Assembly (NCBI GenBank): GCA_964585315.1
Contig: CAZPDE010000002.1
Span: forward strand, 1-41,113
From: an uncultured Dehalococcoidales bacterium
Lineage (GTDB): Bacteria; Chloroflexota; Dehalococcoidia; GIF9; AB-539-J10
Direction: 5' to 3'
DNA: 41,113 bases
The translations under genes were made by a program, and so were the position numbers. Every line of letters begins with the position of its first letter. Positions within the stretch are counted from its first letter, which is position 1. The notes under the pieces are model-generated. The model saw only the letters and a list, made by a program, of their open reading frames with translations, did not search any database and was not told the origin of the DNA. Shown piece by piece: positions 32,334 to 40,031 of this stretch.

Positions 32334-34964
32334 GGTTGTGGAGCCGAATGCCCAAACCTTCCCCTCCGCAAGGGTAAACACGCTGCCATCAGCAACCGCC
32401 GGGGAGGAACCTCCGTGGTCGTAGTGCCATATCTCGCTACCGGTGGCGGCATCCAGAGCATAAATGCCCTGGTAGTCAAAATTCTCGCCACCGGGTTTGC
32501 CTACGAACACCTTGCCATCGGCTACTGCCACCGAGAGCGTCCAGTTGCCCACACCAAGGCTTGTCTCTGTCCATATCGGAGAACCATCCGAGGCATCAAA
32601 ACAGTAGGTATCGCCACCACCACTCCAGCCGCCGCAGACATAGACCCTGCCATCGGCATAAGCCGGGGTAGTATCAGTAGCCAGAATGGCAACAGGCCCC
32701 CAGACGAGACTGCCATTGGAAGCATCCAGTGCAACTAATTCCCCGAAACCGCCGAAGTTATAGGTAGTGATAAATACCTTGCCATCGGCAATACAGGCAG
32801 AGCCGCAGGTGTCCCAACCATAAGTTCCATCGGCCAGGCCATCGGAATGCCATATCTCTTCACCTGTATCTATGTCCACGCAGTAGACATGCCCGCCGAC
32901 ATATTCCCAACTGGTGAGATAAACCTTGCCGGCGGCATAGGCAGGGGTGCCCTGGGCATAACCAGGCACATCGAAGAACCACTCCTGGTCACCTGTAGTC
33001 TCATTCACACAGTAATAGCAGCCAGGTTTATCCCAGACGCCGGCAACGACCTTGCCGTCAGCAACCATAGGACCGCCGTCAACCGCACCTAAAGGAAATG
33101 TCCACAATGAAGGACCGCCGTCCTCGCTGAAGCAGTATAGCTGTGCTCCTGAGATGAACACCCTGCCGTCGTGATATGCCGGGGATGCCCACGACCCCAA
33201 ACAAGCGCCGCCCACGATGGGCTCGCTCCACAGGGTCGTGCCATTGGACTGGCTCAGGCAGGTAAGCGCGTCCCCGCAGTTCACGAAAACCTTGCCGTTG
33301 GCAACAACTGGAGATGAGCTAATTGCTGCGCCGATATTATCGCTCTCCCAGGCTAACTCATTTGTATCCGGTGCACCCGATAAGGAGCATCCGATGTGTG
33401 CCACATCCCCATGAAACTGCTCCCAGTCAGCCATTATCCCAAAATTAGCGGTAACCTCTTCATCCGAGTTTATGAGTATAGTCTCAGGATTCTGCCCGCC
33501 GCTCACGGCGCCGCTCCAGCCACTAAAGGCATAACCGCCATTTTGGTAGGCGGTTAAAGTTACCGTAGTACCGGGCTCATACTGGTTATTCGGAGTTCCG
33601 GGGTCCTGGTCGGGGGGATCGAGTATGGCTATGCCACCGCCCGCCGGGGCGATATTCACGGTGAGCGTATAGTAAACCGTAGGTTCTTCTACACCTGTGC
33701 CGGTGAGAGGAACTTCAACCATACCTTCATCGGGGTCGTTCGATGGTATGGATAAAACAGCTGATTTGCCGCCGAGCGCTGTCGGGCTGAACACCACCTC
33801 AAGGGTGGCTGAGCTATCCGGGACTATGGTCTGCCCTGAGCAGCTATCATTCTGAATCGAGAACTGGTCGGTATCCGCACCGGTTATGGCTATGGTGCCG
33901 ATAACTAAATCACCCATGCCGTCATTGGCGACGGTTACCGTGACAGGCAAGCTCGATGAGCCGACCTCCACATCGGGGAATTCAATAGATGTTGGGGTAA
34001 CCGTGATGTTGGGGGGAGGCGGAGCGTAGCGGAGGATGAGGCTTGTTTCCATCGCAAAGTCTCCTACGGCGAAGACATCATCAGGGGCACTTCCCCAGAT
34101 GCCGGAAAGGTCCCACATTAGATTGTCGCCCCCCATAAGGCTCCAGACGCTGCCATCATAGTGCATGATGGTGCCATAGTTTTGCCCCGGAGCGAAGACA
34201 TCATCATGGGCGCTCCCCCAGACATCCCGAATGTGCTGTGTTGTGCCGCTGTCCATGGGAGTCCAGGTGCTACCATCGTAGTGCAGAATGGTGCCTGAGC
34301 ATCCTACGGCGAAGACATCACCATGAGCGCTCCCCCAGACATCATTAAGGTTATATGTTGTGCCGCTGTCCATGGTGCTCCAGGCACTGCCATCGTAGTG
34401 CAGAATGGTGCCATTATATCCCGGGGCGAAGACATCGTCAGAGGCACTTCCCCAGACACCGGAAAGGGACTGCGTTGTGCCACTGTCCATGGTGCTCCAG
34501 GCGCTGCCATCGTAATGGAGGATGGTGCCCCAGCCTCCCACAGCGAAGACATCATTGGGGGCGCTTCCACAGACACCACAAATCCACTCCGTTGTGCCGC
34601 TGTCCATGGGAGCCCATGTATTGCCATCGTAATGGAGAATGGTGCCGCAGCTTCCCACAGCGAAGACATCATTGGGAGTGCTCCCCCAGATGTCCTTAAG
34701 GTCCCGTGTTGTGCTGCTGTCCATCTCAGCCCAGGCACTACTGCCATCGTAGTGCAGAATGGTTCCCCTTTCTCCTACGGCGAAGACATCATCGTGGGTA
34801 CTCCCCCAGACACCTCGGAGCGCTTCATCTGTTGTGCCGCTGTCCATGGGAACCCAGACACAATCGTCTGCCTGGACCGGGCTTGCCATCGGCACCAACA
34901 GAGCAAACAGCATCAGAACGGTAAGCAAAACCCCCAGAATTCCTTTTCCTTTAAGTTTTTTCAT
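32160..34964 (-). CDS. 934-aa secreted multidomain protein: 41-aa-repeat propeller, choice-of-anchor-D/ASH-like Ig domain, InlB-B-repeat-like domain, PQQ/BamB-like beta-propeller, C-terminal dockerin
   Basis: Signal peptide MKKLKGKGILGVLLTVLMLFALLVPMASPVQA. About seven units of WGS...DVFAVG..GTILHYDGS.W..MDSGTT. Then ITVTPTSIEFPDVEVGSS..VTVTVANDG.GDLVI. The propeller has repeated DGKVF/DGRVY...G.LWS blades. It ends CPDWDVNCDGEIDTQDIVLVGMHWGEEGTQGWIREDVNNDGTIDTQDIVIIGIHWGE. Confidence 0.75.
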   Translation of the reverse strand: MKKLKGKGILGVLLTVLMLFALLVPMASPVQADDCVWVPMDSGTTDEALRGVWGSTHDDVFAVGERGTILHYDGSSAWAEMDSSTTRDLKDIWGSTPNDVFAVGSCGTILHYDGNTWAPMDSGTTEWICGVCGSAPNDVFAVGGWGTILHYDGSAWSTMDSGTTQSLSGVWGSASDDVFAPGYNGTILHYDGSAWSTMDSGTTYNLNDVWGSAHGDVFAVGCSGTILHYDGSTWTPMDSGTTQHIRDVWGSAHDDVFAPGQNYGTIMHYDGSVWSLMGGDNLMWDLSGIWGSAPDDVFAVGDFAMETSLILRYAPPPPNITVTPTSIEFPDVEVGSSSLPVTVTVANDGMGDLVIGTIAITGADTDQFSIQNDSCSGQTIVPDSSATLEVVFSPTALGGKSAVLSIPSNDPDEGMVEVPLTGTGVEEPTVYYTLTVNIAPAGGGIAILDPPDQDPGTPNNQYEPGTTVTLTAYQNGGYAFSGWSGAVSGGQNPETILINSDEEVTANFGIMADWEQFHGDVAHIGCSLSGAPDTNELAWESDNIGAAISSSPVVANGKVFVNCGDALTCLSQSNGTTLWSEPIVGGACLGSWASPAYHDGRVFISGAQLYCFSEDGGPSLWTFPLGAVDGGPMVADGKVVAGVWDKPGCYYCVNETTGDQEWFFDVPGYAQGTPAYAAGKVYLTSWEYVGGHVYCVDIDTGEEIWHSDGLADGTYGWDTCGSACIADGKVFITTYNFGGFGELVALDASNGSLVWGPVAILATDTTPAYADGRVYVCGGWSGGGDTYCFDASDGSPIWTETSLGVGNWTLSVAVADGKVFVGKPGGENFDYQGIYALDAATGSEIWHYDHGGSSPAVADGSVFTLAEGKVWAFGSTTCPDWDVNCDGEIDTQDIVLVGMHWGEEGTQGWIREDVNNDGTIDTQDIVIIGIHWGE
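34064..34862 (-). repeat. Tandem coding repeat of about 123 nt (41 aa) x ~7
   Basis: Recurrent ggcgaagacatcat...gctcccccagac...tgtgccgctgtccatgg...ccatcgtagtgcagaatggtgcc. It creates long stop-free shadow ORFs on both strands. Confidence 0.8.
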
Positions 34965-34988
34965 TCAGTTCCTCCTTTTTTAAGATAA

Positions 34989-35045
34989 GGCACAAAGTTT
35001 GCTTAGAGCCAACTCCTCTGTGCCTCTGTGCCTCTGTATCTTTGC
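34989..35045 (-). promoter_or_regulatory. Conserved 57-nt leader/trailer element with hairpin (copy B)
   Basis: On the minus strand: gcaaagatacagaggcacagaggcacagaggagttggctctaagcaaactttgtgcc, immediately upstream of the AAGGAGG Shine-Dalgarno sequence of gene 32160..34964. The stem keeps pairing only through a G-U wobble on the minus-strand transcript. Confidence 0.5.
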
Positions 35046-35059
35046 CCCTCTGTACCTCT

Positions 35060-35233
35060 CTACTCCCCCCAGTGAATGCCGATTATCACTATGTCCTGGG
35101 TATCAATGTTTCCGTCACTGTTAACATCCTCTCGAATCCAGCCCGGTGTTCCAGACTCATCCCAGCGCATACCCACCAGGACAATATCCTGGGTGTCAAT
35201 ATCACCATCCTCATTCACATCCCAATCAGGGCA
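35060..35233 (-). repeat. Dockerin-coding dispersed repeat, copy 2
   Basis: See copies 1 and 3. Hand alignment gives about 20 mismatches in ~175 nt to each, with no indels. Confidence 0.85.
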
Positions 35234-37675
35234 GGGTCCGAGGGCGTAGAGATAACCAGCGTCGTTACCAAAATAGACCTTGCCTCCAGCAATTGCCATT
35301 CCTTGAAGAATATATTCCGGGTGGTCGGGCACATACTCCCACATCATATTCCCACTTCTATTAAAGCAGTACGCCGCTCCATCGGCAGCATCCGTCGTGA
35401 TATAAATATACGGCTCGCCATTCTGAATTGACAGCGCTGGAGAAGCCTCGGAGCCATACCCGTCGAAGAGATGACTCCAGAGCTGGCTGCCGTTTGACTC
35501 ATCAAAGCAGTACAGGCCGCCTGCCTTGCAGAAGCTGCCGCTGCAGACATAGACCTTCCCATCGTAAACCACTGGCGTGGAGGCACTATAATCGTCAATA
35601 GAAGCAAACCAACCATCTGAGGGTTTGAATTCTCCTGTGGAGGCATCGAACCCGATAGCAAACAGATAGCCATTCTTTGAGCTAAGATAGATGCGGCTGT
35701 TTGCTTCGTTGGTAGTGATAGCAGAGCGAACCCACCCCGCACTGATGCCATACTGGGTAGATAGGTTTAGCTCATTCACAAGGATGCCACTATTCTTATC
35801 TACGCTGGTTATCACCGAGGCAGTGTCGCCGAAGAGGAGGAAATCGCCGATTACCGCTGCCCCTGACCACCAGCTATAGCTCTTACCCCCAACATCATAG
35901 ATCCACACTATATTGGGGTCGGTACCATCGCCGGCAGCGTCAAGGCAATAATACTTTCCTTCCCAGCTACCGATATAGACCTTGCCGCCAGCATAGACTA
36001 TCTGGGTGGAGAGTTCTTCATCCTGTCCTGTCCCCTCGGTCAGTCTGCCACTCCACAAAATGCTCCCATTAGATTCATTAAGGGCATAAATGTACCCGGT
36101 GTCGGTGGCAAAGAAGACCTTGCCCTCTCCATAGGCTGGTGTAGCCAGGCTAAACCTGGGACCGGTGACTAGCGGTGTGCTCCACAGCATGTCTCCATTT
36201 TCAGCATCAAACGCCCATGCATATTCATCAACATCGATGACAAAGACTTTCCCGTTAGCTACAATAGGCGTGACATCTATGCCGTGGGTGCTGGCATAAT
36301 GGGTAAAAACGCTCCAGGCAACCCCAGGGGAAGTTACCGGCGCTGCCTCCGTGGTTTTGCCGCTGTTTATCTCATCTTTCTGAAACTGTGGCCAACCCTG
36401 TATCTCAGCAGGATTCTCAAGAGAGTAAATGTAACCGCTGCAGGTTCCCAGAAAGACAGCCCCGCCCGAGATGGCAGCCCCTTGAAGAATATAGGCATCA
36501 TCCGGCGGGTTCCATTTCCAGGCTAGAGTTCCATCATCTTTCAGACAATATAGAAATCCATCATCCATGGAAGTAGGGAAGTAAATATATGCCCCCTCTT
36601 CATGGATAGACAAAGCGGGGGAGGACTTCACACCACCTTCCACCGGGTAAGTCCATATGATTTCACCGCTGGCGTCATCAAGACAAATAAGGTTACCGGG
36701 GCATCCGTGCTCCCCCTGCCCTACATAGACCTTCCCCTCATATATCACCGGAGTCGAGGTGCTGAACCCTATGGGAACACTCCATCCCTGATCAAAGAAT
36801 TCTCCTGTAACTGGATTAAAGCCGACTTTCCATATATATCCTGTATCCAGGGATGATTCAGATGTGGTATATACATATCCATTATGATAGGCTACCGAGG
36901 CTCGAATTCTGCCCGCGTCCGGCCTGGGAAATGATATCTCTGAACCGGTTAGAGCAAGCTCGTCAACCAATTCCCCCGTATTCTTGTTGACACAGGTAAG
37001 GACACTCTCGCTGTTACCAAAGACCAGATAATTTTCCACCACAGAGACACCACACCAGAGGTAGCCGGCAGTGGACGCAGAGTATTCCCAGAGAATGTTG
37101 CCATCGGTATCAAGGCAATAGTAGCTGTTGGTTTCACCACCTGTCCCTCCTCCGCCGATATAGATTTTGTGGTTCTGATAAGTTATGGGACATTGAAAGC
37201 CACGCTGGCTGACTTCCTTGCCCCAAAGTTCATTGCCCGTTAAGGCATCAAAAGCAAATAGAAAACCATCGAAAGTGGCTACAAAGAGTTTGCCATCGCC
37301 GTAGGCTGGTGTCGAGGTCTGAAGCCCACCATGACCAGTGATACTCTTTTGCCACTTGATTTCACCACTCTTCTTGTCGAACGCCCACAGCCCATCGCCG
37401 GCGTGTATATAAACCATATCACCGGCAATGATTGGCACTACCTCTATGCCGATGCCGCCGCTGTGGTAGGTAAATTGGCTCCAGGTCATTACTGGATAAT
37501 CCGTCGGCGCCCAATCGCTAGTCTTGCCGCTGTTAACCTCATCCTTCTGGAACTGAGGCCAGTCTGTAGTGGTTGGAGGTTCATCTGCCTGGACAATCGC
37601 ACCCAGGGCAGCCACCATAATAAACAGTGTCACCACCGCCGCAACCAATAACCTGTAGTTAAATGCATGAATCAT
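35060..37675 (-). CDS. 871-aa secreted protein with two tandem PQQ/BamB-like beta-propellers and a C-terminal dockerin
   Basis: Signal peptide ...MVAALGAIVQA. Each half opens with (D/G)WPQFQKDE(V/I)NSGKT. There are many blades of the type DG(K/D).(Y/F)(V/I)...G.(L/I)(Y/F)(A/C)(L/F)D...G...W. It ends CPDWDVNEDGDIDTQDIVLVGMRWDESGTPGWIREDVNSDGNIDTQDIVIIGIHWGE. Confidence 0.75.
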   Translation of the reverse strand: MIHAFNYRLLVAAVVTLFIMVAALGAIVQADEPPTTTDWPQFQKDEVNSGKTSDWAPTDYPVMTWSQFTYHSGGIGIEVVPIIAGDMVYIHAGDGLWAFDKKSGEIKWQKSITGHGGLQTSTPAYGDGKLFVATFDGFLFAFDALTGNELWGKEVSQRGFQCPITYQNHKIYIGGGGTGGETNSYYCLDTDGNILWEYSASTAGYLWCGVSVVENYLVFGNSESVLTCVNKNTGELVDELALTGSEISFPRPDAGRIRASVAYHNGYVYTTSESSLDTGYIWKVGFNPVTGEFFDQGWSVPIGFSTSTPVIYEGKVYVGQGEHGCPGNLICLDDASGEIIWTYPVEGGVKSSPALSIHEEGAYIYFPTSMDDGFLYCLKDDGTLAWKWNPPDDAYILQGAAISGGAVFLGTCSGYIYSLENPAEIQGWPQFQKDEINSGKTTEAAPVTSPGVAWSVFTHYASTHGIDVTPIVANGKVFVIDVDEYAWAFDAENGDMLWSTPLVTGPRFSLATPAYGEGKVFFATDTGYIYALNESNGSILWSGRLTEGTGQDEELSTQIVYAGGKVYIGSWEGKYYCLDAAGDGTDPNIVWIYDVGGKSYSWWSGAAVIGDFLLFGDTASVITSVDKNSGILVNELNLSTQYGISAGWVRSAITTNEANSRIYLSSKNGYLFAIGFDASTGEFKPSDGWFASIDDYSASTPVVYDGKVYVCSGSFCKAGGLYCFDESNGSQLWSHLFDGYGSEASPALSIQNGEPYIYITTDAADGAAYCFNRSGNMMWEYVPDHPEYILQGMAIAGGKVYFGNDAGYLYALGPCPDWDVNEDGDIDTQDIVLVGMRWDESGTPGWIREDVNSDGNIDTQDIVIIGIHWGE

Positions 37676-37690
37676 TGCGTAACTTCTCCT

Positions 37691-37815
37691 GTTATTGCGA
37701 GCCCTTCGACATCTGTCATTCTAGCGTAGCGGAGAATCTCATAATGCTCAGGGCAGCCTCTGTGAAGCAATCTCATCTTACAGATTGCTTCGTCGCACGC
37801 TCCTCGCAATGACAT
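37691..37815. repeat. Copy of the ttattgcgagc/gtcattcta repeat family
   Basis: ttattgcgagcccttcg, tgtcattctagcgtagcggagaatctc, ctcagggcagcctctgtgaagcaatct-catcttac-agattgcttc (hairpin), and ctcctcgcaatgac. Confidence 0.8.
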
Positions 37816-37874
37816 AACACGGTTACTTCACAAAATACTATTTATTTCGCGCTAAAAGGTCTACATCCTCTCTA

Positions 37875-38390
37875 TTAATACCTTGCCCTCCTTCGCCGCA
37901 AGACGAATACCAGAATTATCACTGCCACTATAGCCACCCCTATCGCCACTAGCAACATCAAGCTTGGCATACCTGATATGTGGATATAGGTTGGCACCTT
38001 TATTCCAGTGCCAATCGCCAGTCCCTCGCCCGGAGGCAAGGAAACTACACAAATGTGAGCCTCATGCTCTCCTGAAGCAATTAACGGTGGCTTAATGCTT
38101 ATCTCTATTGCCTCCTTCCCCTGGGCAGGCAGCACAAATTCCTCGGGTTCTATGGTAAACCAACCTTCATACTTTTCTTCCTCCACATATACCTTATAAT
38201 TGGATTCCTCATTTCCAGTATTGGTGATGCCTAACATGGCAGTGGCAGAACCTCCACGAGAAACCTCCATATTAAGCTTCTCAGGAGATACTCCCAATCC
38301 TATTGCCAGTGCTGGAGCTGTAACCAGGAACAAGGACAATGCAACGAGCAACAATAGAAAGTTACCGACTATCTTTCTCGACATTTTCAC
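37875..38390 (-). CDS. Small signal-peptide protein with a beta-sandwich-like ectodomain and a C-terminal TM anchor plus RRRR tail
   Basis: 171 aa: MKMSRKIVGNFLLLLVALSLFLVTAPALA, then GVSPEKLNMEVSRGGSATAMLGITNTGNEESNYKVYVE..., ending LMLLVAIGVAIVAVIILVFVLRRRRARY. The family is not firmly recognised. Confidence 0.5.
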   Translation of the reverse strand: MKMSRKIVGNFLLLLVALSLFLVTAPALAIGLGVSPEKLNMEVSRGGSATAMLGITNTGNEESNYKVYVEEEKYEGWFTIEPEEFVLPAQGKEAIEISIKPPLIASGEHEAHICVVSLPPGEGLAIGTGIKVPTYIHISGMPSLMLLVAIGVAIVAVIILVFVLRRRRARY

Positions 38391-38408
38391 TCCCTTCTAA
38401 AAGTGCTA

Positions 38409-38442
38409 ATATACGGAGGGGGAGGTAACCCCCTCCGTATAT
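38409..38442 (-). terminator. Perfect 14-bp stem-loop between the cohesin gene and the small anchored-protein gene
   Basis: AATATACGGAGGGGG-aggtaa-CCCCCTCCGTATAT. The stem spans 38409..38422 and 38429..38442. On the minus strand it is followed by ttagcacttttag. Confidence 0.45.
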
Positions 38443-38491
38443 ACACAGACTGCGCTGTGACTTTTTACATCTCTTCATTCATGGTGAAGAG

Positions 38492-39682
38492 CTATGGGGT
38501 TACCTCTGCCCAGAAGATCAGCGTACCTTCTACAGTGCCGAGGCCGGCATAGGTCGCTCCAACATGGAGAGCGGCATCGGTCGTTGTGTTGCCACCCTTG
38601 GCAATAGTTGCACCGTAGACATCCCACAGGGCAATATCCAGCCACAAGCCATCAACATACAGGCTATCAGCAGTTGCATCGGCGGTAACATCCACCGATT
38701 TACCACCCAGGTTGGTGATGGTTATGGTGTGCGGGTCACTGATGTCCCCCGCTACCAGCTCACCGAAGTCAATACTGGTGGGGTCAACGATGATGGAGAC
38801 TGCTGGCAGTATCGTCGCCGTCAGGATTGTTGAAGAAGGAGTCTCTCCTGTGGTAACGAAGGTCGTGTCGCTCCCATAGCTAGTGCCCTCGCCAACCGCC
38901 TTTGCCTTGAAGTGATAGGTGGTGCCAGGGATTAAGCCACTCAGGGCAGCGCTGAATGCTCCGGTAGATGTCATTGTCTCCGAAGTAGTCTCATCGCCGT
39001 AAGCGGTAGAGGTTCCCCATTCAAAGGAAACATCAACGCTCGATGCTGTGCCCAGGTTATCGAGAGTACCATTTAGGGTGGCTACTTCATCGCCTACACC
39101 AGTGGCAGCATTAGTGGTTACCGTTGGGGCTGTGCCACTAGCGCCTACCACCACCTCGCCGTTATTTATCACCAGGCCTGCTATTTCATTTCCCTGGTCA
39201 TCGATTACTTCCACGCCAAGCAAGGTGAGGGGAGATGCGCCACTCACTCCTGTCTTAGCTTGCATATGGATTACAGCAAACGAGCCTGTCCCGGTTGGTC
39301 CACCTGAGTCACCACCCAGGATGGAACAGCTTAAATCGCCTACCGTTCCCTGTCCCTGGTTATTAAAGTTATTAAAGAAGGTGGAGCCACTATGCGTGGT
39401 AGCCCAATCACTGTAGAAAGTTCCCTCATCTACACTCACAAACTCCACCAGGCCAGCATCGAAACTCATATAGCACTGTGCCCCTCGCGAAGCAACATCG
39501 GCGCTAACCATGATGGTAACATCAAAAGTATCTCCTGGATTTACCGTCTGAGTGTCTGGTGAGACGCTCATGCCCGAGTCCGGATTTGCCAATGCCGGCG
39601 TTACCGACACCAGCAGGGTGCAGACCATCAGGGCGGTGAGCAAAACTCCCAGAATCCCTTTTCCTTTAGTTAGTTTACCCAT
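38492..39682 (-). CDS. Secreted cohesin-domain protein (cohesin, Fn3-like module, C-terminal beta-sandwich)
   Basis: Signal peptide MGKLTKGKGILGVLLTALMVCTLLVSVTPALA. The cohesin-like module is MSVSPDTQTVNPGDTFDVTIMVSADVASRGAQCYMSFDAGLVEFVSVDEGTFYSDW...SFAVIHMQAKTGVSGASPLTLLGVEVIDDQGNEI. The Fn3-like module is PTVTTNAATGVGDEVATLNGTLDNLG...VSFEWGTSTAYG...GLIPGTTYHFKAKA. No TM or other anchor is visible. Confidence 0.7.
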   Translation of the reverse strand: MGKLTKGKGILGVLLTALMVCTLLVSVTPALANPDSGMSVSPDTQTVNPGDTFDVTIMVSADVASRGAQCYMSFDAGLVEFVSVDEGTFYSDWATTHSGSTFFNNFNNQGQGTVGDLSCSILGGDSGGPTGTGSFAVIHMQAKTGVSGASPLTLLGVEVIDDQGNEIAGLVINNGEVVVGASGTAPTVTTNAATGVGDEVATLNGTLDNLGTASSVDVSFEWGTSTAYGDETTSETMTSTGAFSAALSGLIPGTTYHFKAKAVGEGTSYGSDTTFVTTGETPSSTILTATILPAVSIIVDPTSIDFGELVAGDISDPHTITITNLGGKSVDVTADATADSLYVDGLWLDIALWDVYGATIAKGGNTTTDAALHVGATYAGLGTVEGTLIFWAEVTP

Positions 39683-39857
39683 TTAATTCCTCCTTATTTT
39701 GGATTACTTTGATAGAGTAACCTTTAAGGTTACCCCCGCGAGGTCAAAGCCTCGCACCGCATTTCCGGTGTCTTTTTTAATTGAGTTTCTCTTTATTATC
39801 ACCTCCTTTCAGTATTCCAGAATCAGCCGCGCGACCTGCGGCTTGAAACAAACAATG

Positions 39858-40031
39858 CTACTCACCCCAGTGCATGCCGATTATCACTATGTCCTGAGTA
39901 TCAATGTCTCCGTCATTGTTAACATCCTCTCTTATCCAGCCCTGTGCGCCACTCTCGCCCCAGTGCATACCCACCAGGACAATATCCTGGGTGTCAATAT
40001 CGCCATCCTCATTCACATCCCAATTGGGGTA
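39858..40031 (-). repeat. Dockerin-coding dispersed repeat, copy 3
   Basis: Collinear with 32160..32333 and 35060..35233. Hand alignment to copy 2 gives about 20 mismatches in ~173 nt with no indels. Confidence 0.85.

Noticed and set aside
31989-32738. Long plus-strand ORFs (31989..32738, 35042..35431, 39699..40367) sharing the peptide ...PVNADYHYVLGIN...
   Set aside because: They are antisense shadows of the three conserved dockerin-coding segments and adjacent propeller sequence. Their similarity only reflects the repeat on the opposite strand. They have no Shine-Dalgarno sequence and low-complexity translations.
34304-34988. Overlapping ORFs of 114-221 aa in several frames on both strands (34304..34747 -, 34323..34988 +, 34355..34699 +, 34706..34924 +)
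   Set aside because: These are stop-free alternative frames produced by the 123-nt tandem coding repeat of gene 32160..34964. The in-frame product with a signal peptide and recognisable domains explains the region.
31717-40031. Diversity-generating retroelement hypothesis (Avd-like four-helix-bundle gene plus three ~175-nt near-identical repeats that could be TR/VR pairs)
   Set aside because: No reverse transcriptase ORF is in the window. The ~20 differences between repeat copies involve all base types rather than being confined to adenine positions of one copy. The repeats encode a dockerin, not a C-type-lectin-fold variable region.
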